From the human T2T-CHM13v2.0 reference genome, Homo sapiens, in assembly GCF_009914755.1 (NCBI RefSeq), contig NC_060929.1: a DNA stretch of 64,000 bases; one strand, written 5' to 3'. The number at the start of each line of letters is the position of its first letter. Positions within the stretch are counted from its first letter, which is position 1. The notes beneath the pieces are model-generated. The model did not search any database. It was not told the origin of the DNA and saw only the letters and a list, made by a program, of their open reading frames with translations. Below are positions 13,880 to 27,769 of this stretch, one piece after another. Made by a program: the position numbers and the translations under genes.

Positions 13880-14850
13880 TAACAAGATCAAAGAAAGTGA
13901 AAAGACAACTCATGGAATAAGGGGAACTATTTCAAAATTATGTATATAAGAATTCTGAATCCAGAGTGTATTTAAAATCTCTTATAGCTTAAAAGACAAA
14001 GAACCTCATTTACACAAATAGGCAAAGTATTTTATCACTTTCCTTAAATACACAAATGAACAATAAACACATGGAAAGACCTCAGCATTAGTGGTTAGAA
14101 AAATGTGAATGAAAACTACAATGAGACAGAGCTTCACACCAGCTAGGATATACAGAATAAAAAAAGATAATGTAAGATAATGTGCATTGGCAACAACTTG
14201 AGAAATCAGACCCTCCTGCAGTGCTGATGGGAATATAAAATAATGCAACTGCTTTGAAAAACAATTTTGTGTTTCCTCCAAAAGTTAAACATGGTACTAT
14301 ATAATGTAACAATTCTATTCCTAGGCGCATACCCAAAAGAACTGAAAACTTACATCCACAAAAATTGCACACAAATGTTGATAGCAGGGTTAGTAACAGA
14401 AGCCAAAACTAGAAATATCACAAATATATATCAACTGTTGAATGGATTAGAAAAATGTGGTACATCCATGCAACACAATATGATTCAGCTATAAAATGGA
14501 ATAAAGTTGTGATTCATTCTACAACATGAATAAATCTTGAAAACTATGCTAAATGAAAGAAGCCAGACAAAAAGGCCACATATTTTTTTAATCTATTTAT
14601 GTAACATGTTAAAATAGTCAAGTTATATAGACCAAAAATATGTTTGTGCTTGCCAGGGACTGTGGACAAGAAAGGATGTGCAGTGATTGCTGATGGGTAT
14701 GCGATTTCTCTATGGGGTGATGAAAATATTCTTGAATTAATGATTATAGTCACACACCACTGTAAATATACTAAAAAAGACAAACAGTTCATTTTAAAAG
14801 GTTGAATTTTTGGTATGTGAATTATATCTCAACCATGCTTTTATAAAACA
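13880..14850 (+). mobile_element. 3' part of the old host L1 (ORF2 end plus L1MB-type 3'UTR)
   Basis: 'atcaaagaaagtgaaaagacaactcatggaat' continues the ORF2 sequence broken near 4700. Ends 'ggggtgatgaaaatattcttgaatt...ggtatgtgaattatatctcaa'. Confidence 0.85.
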
Positions 14851-15020
14851 AAACTAGAACTCAGGATTGGAAATGTCTCTATAGACAGAAATCTGAACTC
14901 AAATTTAAAACTGGATTTTCCAAAAACAAAGTAGTAATTCACAACTTAATTTTAGGGGCTGTGCTTAACAAAACCTTAAGATGTGACAAAATGTTCTCTG
15001 TATATAACACTAAATATGGA

Positions 15021-15290
15021 TATCTTAGATTGTTTGTGCAGCTGAAACAAAATACCTTAAACTGGGTAATTTATAAAGAATAGAAATGTATTTCTTACGG
15101 TCCTGGAGCCTCAGAAGTCCAAGATCAAGGTGCCACCATTGGCATCTGGTGAGGACTGCTCTCTACTTCCAAGATAATGCCTTGTAACTGTGTCCTCACA
15201 TGGTGAAATGTCACTTTCTTAATACTGCTGAATTGTGGATTAAGTTTCAACGTGAGTTTTGGAGGAAACACTGTCTCTCAAACCATAACA
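15021..15290 (-). mobile_element. MST-type MaLR solo LTR, internally deleted
   Basis: 'aactgggtaatttataaagaatagaaatgtatttctt...gaagtccaagatcaaggtgcc...aaaccataaca'. Perfect 5-bp TSD atgga at 15016-15020 and 15291-15295. Confidence 0.88.
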
Positions 15291-16039
15291 ATGGACAGTT
15301 TCAGATCACTGTAGGCAGAGCAACAGTGTGCTCCTGAAACTGACAGAAATACAGTTCTTTCTGTGTTTCACCATCAGGGAGAGTTATACTTTTGCAATAA
15401 TTTGCTGTATTTCTATGATGTATGATTTAACTAAAAACATTGATTAGAAACTATAAGATGAAATAATTGGCTTTTGGTAGGCAACATATTCATAGAGAGC
15501 AGAAGAACAAGAGAGTTGAAATAATTCTAGCTAGTGGATTTAGAGTGCCTAAAGGTAGGAGAACAATTTCTTCAAACCAAACATTTTCATTTGATCATGA
15601 AATGGATGATTTATCACTTCTTTCAATTCTTCTATTTACATAACGGAAGTAAATAGGATTTCCAAGCTTAGCAGTGTCTTTTAAAAAAAGTAGCCATTTT
15701 ATATACCTATTTTGTGCTTTGGAACACATTTAGCAAATGACTAGGGTTGCATTTTTAGAGATGGTTTTGCTCCCATTTTTAAATTGTTTTGTCTTTGAAG
15801 TATGAAAAGTCTAATGTCTACTTACATTGGTGGTAAAAAAATCTTTCAAATATAGCAAAAATAGCTGCATATATCTTACCTACAGCTATCACATCTCAAG
15901 AAGTACTTTTATTCAATAAAACGGTGGTAATTTCTTTTCTTCTAAATGTAGTTTATTCTGCTAAAGACAATTTGACTTTACAACTCTAATATATTTTAAT
16001 TTATTTTATTTTTGAGTAAGCATTCTTTTATGGATACAA

Positions 16040-16371
16040 TTTTTTATTTTTAAATTTTGCGGGTACATAGTAGATTTTTATATTCATGGGGTACATGAGA
16101 TTTTTCGATACAGGTATGCAATGCATAATAACCACAGCAAGGAGAATGGGGTATCCATCCCCTCAAACATTTATGTTTTGTACTATAAACAATCATATTA
16201 TACTCATTTAGTTATTTTAAAATGTACAATTAAGTTATTATTGACTATAGTCACCCTGTTGTGCAATCAAATAGCAGGTCTTATTCATTCTTTCTAACTC
16301 TTTTTTTGTACCCGCTAACCATCCCTAACTCCTCCGCACCCCCTCCACTATCCTTCCCAGCCTCTGGTAAC
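16040..16371 (-). mobile_element. L1MA1-3 3' end fragment
   Basis: 'ggggtacatgagattttt...gaatggggtatccatcccctcaaacattt...ccttcccagcctctggtaac'. Confidence 0.85.
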
Positions 16372-17807
16372 ATAGAGACTAGAAGCAGTCTTATATATTT
16401 CATAACGTGTGTGTGTGTTCAAATCATTATAAAGCCACTCTTTCAGTTACTTATTTTTATTCTGAACTTTATTGAATATATTTTGGAAGAATGAGACCTC
16501 ATAATTAAAATAAAAGTAACCCTCTCCTCTCATACTACTCATAGTTATTTTCATATTATCGTCTATATATTTACATTTGGGGTTTCAGGAAGGAATCAAT
16601 TAAATTTTTAAAAATGTGTGATAACTTTGATTGATAAGAGTTTTGTTTTCAATAACCATTACATTTGCCTATGGATAGCTGCTTACTTCTCTTTTTTTAG
16701 AGGGGAAGACCATTTTTCTATTTCCAGTTATTGTAAGAACACATTTCCCCTGTTTACTTCTGAATTCTTGTTGCATCTCTACCCCTATCCATTACAGTTG
16801 TATGGATTTACTGCCTTGCAAATGACTAACAATGGTGACTGGTTCTGAACTGGAAATAGCCAACATTTTGAGACTGGACATTTAGTATCTCTACTACCTC
16901 ATTATTTCCTCCTGCACCAATCCAGTGAGAGAGAGAGTTGTCTAGGCAAGTGTGTCTTCTTATTAAATTTAACATTTTTGCCCAGATATGCAGCTGCAAG
17001 ATCTGGACTTCAAAGAAGTTAGTTGGGAAGTGAGTAGACACAGCCAGCTCTCCCAGCAGCTGAGATGTCCCATATGGTTTTGTCAGTAATCAGGCTGATA
17101 TTCTTAGTGTTCCATTTTCTGACTTTGCTGTTGTTTCTCAGTTTGATGAGAAAATTTAGTAGACAGTGTAGTTTATCAAGTTCTTTCAAAACATTCAAAG
17201 TTCCCGTGGTTATTTAAGTTGCATTTATGACAACACATCTAACTGCTCAGATTTCTATGTAAATATAAATGGGCAGTAGCTCAACTCAGCTATAATATCT
17301 CCATGAACTTCTGAATTACTATATATTTTAACTAATTCTGCTAACTTCCTTCATCATTTAAAAAAACTCAATTCATATTTTTTGAATATAGCTTCTCTTT
17401 CCAGTCCTTAACTCAACTCATATACTATGTTTGATCAGTGAATGTACACATTTTTAAAAGTGTGACTAAAATAAATACAAATGTAAATAGATTTGAATGG
17501 ATGAATACATAGATATATGCGTGTTGATTGAGTTTGTACAGTCTGAGTGTCACATTCCAACCTTAAAAACAACAAAAAGCTCAAAGCTCCTGCTTGCTTA
17601 ACTCTCAGGCAAAGAGTTGTATTAACCTTCAGTAGAGTCAAGATCAAGTTTACAGTTGGTCCTTAGTTCTATGAGAAGAACAATGTCGCTTTAAGGAATC
17701 TTGCATTGAACAACTGTGGCTTATTGGTAGATTTATCGAGGTTTAAAAAAATTCCTTTACACTTTGGCTTCATTTTTTTATAGTCTCTCTGATGTTGTAT
17801 TCTCTGT

Positions 17808-17866
17808 ACGTGTGTCTGTGGTGTGTGTGTGTGTGTACACAGGTATGCCTGTCTGTGTCTGAGTGT
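17808..17866. repeat. Imperfect (TG)n microsatellite
   Basis: Read directly. Confidence 0.8.
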
Positions 17867-17974
17867 GAAAACATAAATATGCTTGCTTACAGGAACAGTA
17901 AAAAAAATGTTGAATCCAGGAACATATTTTTCCATAGTAGCCCTATAAACTTGCACAGTTATTTCAAAAAAAGC

Positions 17975-19078
17975 TAAAACTTGATATGTAAAATACTTAG
18001 GAATAAAATTAAGGAGGTAAAAGATTAGTACAATAAAAACTACAAAATGTCAATGAATGCAATTGAAGAAGACACAATCAAATTAAAGACATACTGTGTT
18101 TATGGATTAGAAGACTTAACATTGTTATAGTGTTCATACTACTTAAAGCAATCTCCAGATTCATTGTAGTCATTATCAAAATAACTGTGACTTTTTTACT
18201 TAATTATAAAAAATAATTAATATTTATATGGAAACACAATAAACCCAAATAGCCAAAAGACAGCCTTGAGAAAGAAGAGAAAATCTGAAGGTATCCCACT
18301 TTCTGATTATGAAACATATTATTACAAAGCAATGGTAATTAAAACAGTTTAATACTAGTATAAAGACAGACATAATAACCAATGGAACAGAATAGAGAGC
18401 CCAGATATAAATCCATGAATATAAGGTCAACTAATCTTCAACAAGAGTGCCAAGAATGCACAATAAGAAAAGTATATTCTCTTTAATAAATAATGTTGAG
18501 AAAACTGAATATCCACATAATGCCTAATTAAATTGAACTTTTTTTGCATCATGCATAAATATAAACTCAAAATGAAGTATAGACTTAAATGTAAGACCTA
18601 AAACTATAAATCCCCTAGACTAAAATTCAGGAAAAAAATTTATGATATTGGTCTTGGTGATAATTTTTGAATACAAAAACTTAGACAATAAAATATTACG
18701 CCTTAAAAAAGAAAATCTTGCCATATATGAAAACATAAAAGGAATTTAAGACATTATAATCAGTGAAATAAGCTAGTCATGGAAGACAATATTACATGAT
18801 TCCACTTATATGAGGCATCTTAAAAAGTCAAACTTATGAAGTAAGAGAGTACAATTATAGTTGCCAGGGTCTGGGGGTAAAGGAGAGTGACGGAGTTGCT
18901 AATCAATGGGCATACAATCTTCATTATGCAAGATTAGTATGTTATAGAAATCTGTTTTACAACATTGCACACATAGTTAAACCATAGTGTATTGTACAGT
19001 TAGCAGTTTGTTAATAAAGCAGATCTCATGTCAATGTCCTTACAATAATAAACAGATTTTCAAATTAAAATTTTAAAA
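17975..19078 (+). mobile_element. L1MA9/L1MB1-type 3' fragment (ORF2 part, deletion, 3'UTR)
   Basis: 'aaccaatggaacagaatagagagcccagatataaatcc' followed by 3'UTR 'gcagatctcatgtcaatgtccttacaataataa'. Confidence 0.82.
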
Positions 19079-19686
19079 AACATAGTTCTGAGTTTTTAAA
19101 CAGTAGGCTAAAAATGTGTCACAGGCAGTAAGGACACAAGGAAAAAAAAGAGAAAAATATTTTTAAATTACATGGATTGTTATGAATTTTTACATTTTTT
19201 CATTTGAAAGATTAAAGACATTTGCAATTTTATATCTACCCAGCCACTTTCAAAATGCATTTTGACCCTTGCATTTTTTTAATATTTATAAAGGAAAAGC
19301 GTCAAAAGAAGGGTACAAGCAAAGTGTCAATACATTTTCATGTTTTCATGTTGCAAATAACATGTCATAATAAATATACAACCTTTATTTAAATTAAATA
19401 TACAAAGCCAACCAAAAAAAGAAGTGTACATATGTGCCGACATTGCTAGAAAACACTGACATTTGCCACATCCATCTTTCTACATCCAACCTCACCTCCA
19501 TTCCCCTCTCAAATCCCTGAGTGTGAGAGATCAAGAGTTGAGGGATTCGTTTATGGATCTAGTTCAAATTTAGTGAAATTTAAAAGTCAAATAGACTAAG
19601 ATAAAATTACATATAAATTTTAAGACAGCTCTCACAGTCTGTGGAATTCAAGTAAGTGTGGTAACAGATGTTCTATTCACCTCATT

Positions 19687-20158
19687 GTAAAGCAGGTTCA
19701 CTGTGTACTGGTTACCAACTTGTCTGAATCTGATGAGACAGAATACCTGCATATACGAGTTACATGCAGTGGGTTTATTACTTACAAATAGGCAGCAAGG
19801 AACAGCAGAAGCCTAAAGATTCATTGTGAGCCTATCTTCCATGGCTCAGGAAAGCTGCACAGGGTAGACAGAATCTCAACTGTGAATGCCGCACTTGCAC
19901 CATAACTGAGGGAGCTCAGAGAGTATCCTGCCCTGTGTTTTAATCCTCAGATGCAGCAGGACTGCTTGGCTAAAATATTGAAGGACATCCTGCATCCAGG
20001 GGGAATCAGAACAGAGCCTGGGCTGTTCTGGCCAGTCCTCCATTTATCTCAGGATGTTGTATTCACAGCACAATCTACAGTTATTCTTAAGAACTACAAG
20101 TGAGAAAAGGGGACGTACTCCCTAAGTCCAAGGCCACTGGGAGAACTGTCCTGAACTA
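19687..20158 (-). mobile_element. ERVL-class solo LTR, family uncertain
   Basis: About 470 bp, relatively GC-rich, beginning 'tgtaaagcaggttcactgtgtactggttaccaacttgtctg'. Minus-strand AATAAA (plus 'gggtttattact'). Resembles old ERVL LTRs. Confidence 0.6.
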
Positions 20159-20475
20159 CTCTGTTATGTGAAAGTGATTCACCTGTCCATTTCTTATTCA
20201 AAAGCCTGTCAGAAAGCATTCTTTAGCAAAACCCGCCTTACGTTGTTGTACAACTCCTAAAAACTGCTCTTAAGAACATATATGCATGTATTCATGGTGA
20301 TATTTTATCTCAATATTTGTATGATTAGTTTATTCTTCTTGGGCTGAGTGACCTCCTTGTACTTCAGACAAAAATAAATGAGATTTGTATGTACGTCAAA
20401 ACAAACAAAGCTTGACATTGTGGGAAAACAATCATAAATTTATTTCAATTTCTAATTTATCTGATAAAGTGGTAA

Positions 20476-20800
<325 letters not shown>

Positions 20801-21895
20801 AATACAAATATTCATTAAACATATAGGCTCTCTACTTACTCTATGACCTTTCTACCTAGACTAAAGCCAAAAAACTCTGACACCCTAAATGATTCATAAA
20901 TTATTTACTACATAAGGTTTAGATGCATCATTACCAATATTGCACATAGAAATTTAGTGCTGTTAGTTGAGCAAACAGATGCCATGACTATTTCTTCTCT
21001 TTATAAATCTTGGTGACTTATGGCAGCAGAAGCCTACTCCACTATTTAGGCTCCTATGACAGCTACTTTTCCCCTATTGAGCAAGTTTCACCTTAAGTTA
21101 CTACCAAAAAAATTATACAGTTAATATATTTTGTAACTCCTGAAAATAAGTGTTTATATTATCATCTCAAGTAAAATAAAATATTTTCATAGAGAGATGG
21201 AGAGATGTGTAGGCAATTTATCAAATATTAACCTCTTCCTAAACACGGGGTTGAATTCCTCCAGTAACATTATAATGTTGTTAGAATTATGTGAAAGGGG
21301 GCTTTGTCTCAACTATCCTGCTAGTCCATTCAACAGCTATCTATTTATGTTGTATGTTTCCCTAAATGTTTCCATTTTTGCCTCCAAACACTGCTAATTT
21401 GGTTTTGTTGCTATTTATTTTATACTGTCTTATAAATCCCCTGGAAAGTGTATTGCCCCATGCCTGCACACACTGAAGTACAAGAGTGTACTGAAGTACA
21501 TAATGGAAGAGTTGGTTTTTTCTGCCACTCTATCCCTTGAGCTTAAATAATAAGGAAACATAGAAATCTAAAACATTTTGAACAGTTAAGAATTATTAAA
21601 AGAAAGTAGAATGACAAACAGGAAAATTATCTATCCACATCCATATATGTATATCTTTCTAGAAATGTCCTATAAGGACAAAAGAGGAAAAAATGAAGGG
21701 AAAATTATGATCCCTTGAATATGAGTCCTTCTAAGCGAAACTCTGTTCTTAGCATTTCTCCACTATTATCAAGTTTCTAGTATCCTCCAAGAAAATACCA
21801 TACTATCATCCTGGAACTGTGGCAGTATATACCTGTCCTTTCTATCCCTATCTACAGAGACCTGTCTGATTTAGATTCTAAACTGACTTTCCTCA

Positions 21896-22038
21896 TTTTT
21901 TTTTTTTTTTTGGAGACAATATTGCTCCGTTGCCCATGGTGGAGTTTAGTGGTGTAATCTAGCCTCACTGCAACCTTTGCCTCCAGGATTCAAGTAATTC
22001 TCATGCCTCAGCCACCTGAGTAGGTGGAATTAGAAGTG
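21896..22038 (-). mobile_element. 5'-truncated AluJ-like right monomer
   Basis: Poly-T plus right arm; TSD ttcctcattttt on both sides. Confidence 0.88.
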
Positions 22039-22369
22039 TTCCTCATTTTTAAAACTCTAGAACACAGAAATTTTATTTGTCTCCCAAAGTCCAAAAATTT
22101 AAGAATAAAAGAAAAATTAAGAGTCAGCTTTGATATCCTGACATACAGTCTTCTTTGAGATATTAATATCTTTTATAATAAAAATGAATGGGTATTTTTA
22201 TGACTTTTTAGTAAGAAAATAGTGAACCAAACCTGCTTGCACACATTTGTACTTACATAATTGTCAAAGACAAATATTTAATTATAGAAACGGTATATAT
22301 ACTTATGTACATACCTACATTAGTGACTCATATTCAAGGACTCATATTCTAGGGTTCATAATTTTCCCT

Positions 22370-22430
22370 TCTCTCTCTATATATACACATATATATATAT
22401 ACATACACACACACACATATATACACATAT
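22370..22430. repeat. (CT)n(TA)n(CA)n microsatellite
   Basis: Read directly. Confidence 0.85.
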
Positions 22431-22589
22431 AAAATACTAAAAAATGTTTAAAAGTTAACTTGTAAATCTTGCATTCAGATATTCTGATTTACCGTGTCTG
22501 TATCAAGACTCAATATGGTTTTGTAAAAGTAAACACTCCAAGTAGTTTTGATGCAAGTCATCTAAATCACTCATTAAAAAAATTGTGGC

Positions 22590-23140
22590 TCATAAGTGTC
22601 CATTAACAAATAAGTGGATAAAGAAAATATGGTATATATACACAAAGGAATACTACAGAGCCATAAAAAGAATGAAATCATGTTATTTGCAGAAACATGA
22701 ATGAAACAATAGGTCCTTACGTTAAGTGAAACAAGCCAAGCATAGAAAGACAACTATTGCATATTCTCATTCATTTGTGGGAGCTAAAAAGTCTGATCTC
22801 AGGAAGGTAGAGAGTAGAATGATGGTTAACAGAGGCTGGGAAGGAGGCAGGATGAAGATAGATATTGGTTAATGGGTGCACATATAGAGTTAGATAGAAG
22901 AGATAAGTTCTAGTGTTCAATAGCACGCAAGAGTGATTATACTTAGCAATACTTTATTGCCTATTTCAAAATATTCAGAAGAAAGGACTTAAAATGTCCC
23001 CAACACATACACACGAAATAAGTGTTGGAGGTAGTGGATATCCTAATTACCATGACTTGGCCATTATGCATTGTATGCATGCGTCGAAACATCACATGAA
23101 CCCCATAAATATGTACAATCAATATGTATCAATTCACAAA
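22590..23140 (+). mobile_element. L1MA4/5-type 3' end
   Basis: 'gccataaaaagaatgaaatcatgttatttgcag...ccccataaatatgtacaatcaatatgtatcaatt'. Confidence 0.85.
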
Positions 23141-25159
23141 GACAGAAAGATGGAAATGGTTTCGTTTATAAAAACAAGGATGGAAAAAAACATCCTTACC
23201 TAAATACTGTCCACAATGTCACCGGTGCTTTGCATCATTCAGGTGAGCGATGTTAGTGTCCCTTCTACTTATCCCCTGGCTTTAATTTGCACCAAGATTG
23301 TTGTCTGCACGAAGATTCAATAATATACAGAAAATCTTATGGTGACCCAGAGAAGATGTGAAATGATTACAGTTTTATGCCTTAGATGATGTTGCATTTC
23401 TAGCCATGGCAACACATCCCCAGAAACTTTTCTGTAATTAAAATGGAAATACTATATAATTTATCATTTCATTATAAAAGTAGTTACTCTATATGTGGAA
23501 GGTTTTGGTGGTGTAATTTCCCCAGATATGTATATCAACATGTGCGAGCAAATGCTTGTAAGCAAAAATAGATAAGATAATTTTGTATTCTATACGATGT
23601 TAAGAGTGTTAAACCAGAGCAAAATTTCATTTTGAATACGGTAACCCTGGATTTGTTGTTTCAATCTGGATTTTATATTTTACATAGAGTTAATTAATCA
23701 GTAAATAGATCACTCTTACTGTCTCTTCTGAAATTTTAACAAAGAGTTTTGTTATCTGTTAAACAGCAGCATCTTTAAAGTCTTTGGAGAAACTCTTTTC
23801 AGTTTCAGTAAGGCATTAGTGTTTGTACACTAATGTGTTTGTCAGGTTTACTTATTTATTTATTGACCTCAGTGCAGGAAAATTTCACCCCAGGGGGTCT
23901 TACATTATTTTTCTACTCCAAAATATATAGGCTACACAGAATAACATCATTAGCAACATTGTTTCAGCAAGGAAATAATCCTTATTGGCAAAGGGAAACC
24001 AAGGAAAGAAAACTATTGTTTTCTTCAGCTACATGCTGTCTGCAAAGCACCCCATGAATTCAATTTCTCATCAATTCAGAATGGAATACTAACGTGCTGC
24101 CTAGAGATACAGAAGTGGGATGAACGCAGGGCCTTACTCAGCATTCAGAACAAAACTGTGAGTAAACTTTCAGGCATGACATGCTTAGAGTCAGTCATAG
24201 AGTGAAAATAGAAGTCTCAAGTCCTATTCAGAGACATCAATTTACCAAAGTTTAGGCTAGTATATTCCTCATTTGCACGGGTGCTTTCCAAAGACCCGGA
24301 TGCGACATTAGCAAAGTCTCCTCATGACCATTGGTGTGCAATAAATTCATAACGGTAAAATATGTGTATTTATTCTCCATATATTTTTTAATTGTATAAG
24401 CTTCGGGCTCAGAGGTGGCTTGGAAAAGATGTCCCTGACTGCATCTCCCTTCACTGCATCTTTGTTCAGCAAAATCTTAATTAAGAGCAAATCATCCTTC
24501 ACTGATATCAGTGAATATGGTAACATGAACAAAATAATAAGATGAAGGTAGAGAGAACATGGAAGGGGAGGTGAATAATGAACTGGAATGCCCAGTTGGA
24601 AAAACCATCTAGAAAGTATTGAGAAGGTATGATGATTGATACTATCATAGTAAAGTAAGAAGACATAGAGAAGTAGTGTTGACACATCCCATGTTTTGCT
24701 AGTCTCAGAATTAAAACTTAAAGAAATAATAGTCAATAATTTTTAATGATTAAATACAAATGATGAAAAGACAATAGATTAAAATAAAACAAACAAAACT
24801 GCCTCTACATTATCGATGTTAATGTTAAGGAAGTTAAAGACAAAAAATAAGCTTCCAGACAGAAAAAAACTTGACTACAAAGAAGTCAAGTGGAGATGAA
24901 CATAAAATATGAAAAAATATTTCTGTGCAACATGGAATTAGACATATCTAATAACTTGATAATATATAATATAGTATAATACATCTTCTTAATAAGAAGA
25001 ATTTAGAATGCATTAAGTTTACCTATAATTTATAGGTTGGTTAACCATAGTAAACACGATAATACGTAAATGTAGTTCTGTAATTTCAGTATGTAATGAC
25101 TCCCTACAATAACTTTTGGAAGAAGTGTCCATATGGGGGGAATCAATAAGACATACTCC

Positions 25160-25600
25160 ATCAATTAGCTATTGCTGAGTAAAAACTACATCAAAACTTA
25201 GCAGATTAAAACAATAAGTATTTATTATTTCTCATGATTGAGCCAAATCTGGCTGGTCTATGCTTATATATCTGAGAACTCAATAACAATAGGTTAGTGG
25301 AAGTCAGTCTGTGCTGAGACTACTGGTATCTGCTCTGTTGTAATTAACCTTGTGGGGCGAACATTGCTCAGGACATTGACAGGGCTCCAAAAGCAACAAC
25401 AGAAACAAGAAAGCTGTTTGAAGCCTAAGCTCATGGATGACACATTCTCAATTCTGCCGCATTTATTGGTAAAATGTTATCCCAGAATCAAAAGGTGGGG
25501 ACACAGACTATAGTTGTCTGGAGAAGGTGCAAAGTCATAATGCAGAGACTGGATACAAAGAGATAAAAGCTTGCTGCCATTTTTGTAATCAATCAACAAT
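25160..25600 (-). mobile_element. Old MLT1 (H/I/J-like) LTR
   Basis: 'tagctattgctgagtaaaaactacatcaaaacttagcagattaaaacaataagtatttattatttctcatg...ttctgccgcatttattggt'. Confidence 0.65.
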
Positions 25601-25667
25601 AAATGATAAACTGGAGTGACTAAAGACATTAGTAAATTTAGATTGCCTGGACCAACAGAAAGCACCT

Positions 25668-26054
25668 GCTATGGCCTGAATTGTGTTTCTTCAAAATTCA
25701 TACATTAAAGCCTTAACATTCATGTGATGATATTTGGAGACAGAGTCTTTAGAAAGTAATGGAGTTAGATGAGGTCATGAGGATGGGGCTGTTATGATGA
25801 GATTAAGGCCCTTATAAGATGAGGAAGAGACAGCAAAGTTTTCTCTTTCTGAGCAAATACATCGAGAAAAAGCCACGTGAAGACATAGTGACAGTCAACA
25901 ATTCACAACCCAAAGAGAAACCACTCAACAGGCCCTGGTCCTGTTGCCACCTTAATTTTGAACTTCCAGTCTCCAGAACTGTGAGAAAAGAAATTTCAGC
26001 TGCTTATGCCACCAGTTCGTGGCATTTCATTATGGCAACCTGAGCAGACTAAGA
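25668..26054 (+). mobile_element. MLT1A/B-type solo LTR
   Basis: 'tgctatggcctgaattgtgtttcttcaaaattcat...acttccagtctccagaactgtgagaaaagaaatttc...gcagactaaga'. Confidence 0.88.
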
Positions 26055-26264
26055 GAGCATCTCTTTTGAATGGCTTTAAAATATTTAAACAGCTGTCACT
26101 TTCTTCCATACTTTCAATTATTCGTGCTAAGCCAAGAATCTTCAGGTGTTTACAGGCCTTTTGGGATATTGATTTTAGAATGCTGACACTCCAAAAGAGT
26201 TATATCCATGCCTTTGGTAAACACAAGAATGCACTAATGCCCCATAGATTCAATTATTCATGGA

Positions 26265-26608
26265 TTTTATTTATTTTATTTTATATTTTATTTTATTTTA
26301 TTTTATTATTGTAGTTCATTTTATTGAGAAGGAGTCTCACTTTGTGGCCCAGGCTGCAGTTCTGTTGCATGATCTTGGCTCGCTGCAAACTCTGCCTCCA
26401 GGTTTCAAGTGATTCTCCTGCCTCAGACTCCCAAGTAGCTGGGATTACAGGTGCCCACCACCAAGCCTGGCTAATTTTTTGTATTTTTAGTAGAGATGGG
26501 GTTTCACCATGTTGGTCAGGCTGGTCTCAAATTTCTGACCTCAAGTGATCCATCTGCCTCGACCTCCACAAGTGCAGGGACTACAGGCATGAGCCGCTCC
26601 CCCTGGCC
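26265..26608 (-). mobile_element. AluS (Sz/Sx-like) with (TTTTA)n tail
   Basis: Alu dimer; TSD catggatttta at 26259 and 26609. Confidence 0.93.
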
Positions 26609-26739
26609 CATGGATTTTAATACACAAACTCATAGACATGAGGATCCACTGCTGATTAGTGAATATTCACACCTCAAAATTAATCCAACAGTCTATTCCA
26701 ATATTTTTTCAATATTAGATTCACAAAGATACAATTCAT

Positions 26740-27590
26740 ATATCGCAAGATAAAACATTTTAAAGTGTATAACTCTGCGGTTTTGAGTATATGCACAGAA
26801 TTGTACAAACATTAAAAGTATCTAATTTTAGAAAATTTTCATCAACACAAAAAGTAACCAACACTCTTTCTTCATTCCCCCAGCCCCTAGATTGTGGGAA
26901 CCACTGATATACTTTTTGTCTCTATGGATTTGCTTATTCTGGATCTTTTACATAAACTGAATAGTACAATATGTGGTCTATTGCATCTTGTTTCTTTCAC
27001 TTAGCATAATGTTTTCAAGGCTCATTCATGTTGTGGTATACATCAGTATTTCATTCCTTTTATTGCTCAATATTTCATTATATGATTATTGCAGTTTCAA
27101 TGTTCAGTCTCATACATTGGACATATGCTCCCACCTGATAAACTGTCACCATAATCGAGAAGCCAAACATATCCAGCATAGAACCAAAAATTTTCTGTGT
27201 ATCTCTATAATCCTACCATTCTATTCCTTCGTCAAACTCCCTCCTGCACCAGCCTCGAACCATCACAGATTCACTCTTTATTATTTAGATTACTTTCTTT
27301 CTCTAGATTTTTATATAAATGGAATCATAAAGTATGTACTTCTTGTCTACTGTTTTTCAGCAAGCATAATTAACATTTATACATGTTATTGTATGTATTA
27401 ATATAATAATTAGAATATATGAATAAAATAATATGTATACTTGTAATTGTATGTAATAATATAATAAAAATATTCATTATATTATTTGAACATTATTATT
27501 CCTTAATAAATTCCAATTTATGTATATACTACAGTGTGTTTATCTGTTCACCTAGTTATGGACATTTGGGTAATTGCAGTTTGGTTTCTA
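26740..27590 (-). mobile_element. L1MB/ME 3' end fragments, probably nested
   Basis: 'tttgtctctatggatttgcttattctggatc...cttagcataatgttttcaaggctcattcatgttgt' and 'ggacatttgggtaattgcagttt'. Confidence 0.75.
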
Positions 27591-27769
27591 GTTCCTAAAA
27601 TCATGTACATTTCTTTACATCAATAGCCATAGTCTTAGTTTAATATTCTTTTACTTGCTTGACTCTCTCTAACTCAATTCAAAGTGCCCAAACTTTCATG
27701 TTTTAATTTTTGTTTTAAAAACTTTTGATGACACAACATTGAGAAAAAATTGTCATCACTAGTAAATAG

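Noticed and set aside
16701-17029. Possible plus-strand exon (ctttttttag| ... gaa|gtgagt)
   Set aside because: Such motifs arise often by chance in AT-rich DNA. The interval is long, has stops, and has no supporting evidence.
24347-24736. 129-aa minus-strand ORF in non-repeat DNA
   Set aside because: Non-ATG start, composition typical of AT-rich chance ORFs, no recognisable motif or splice structure.
26973-27401. 142-aa ORF
   Set aside because: Antisense read-through of L1M 3'UTR fragments.
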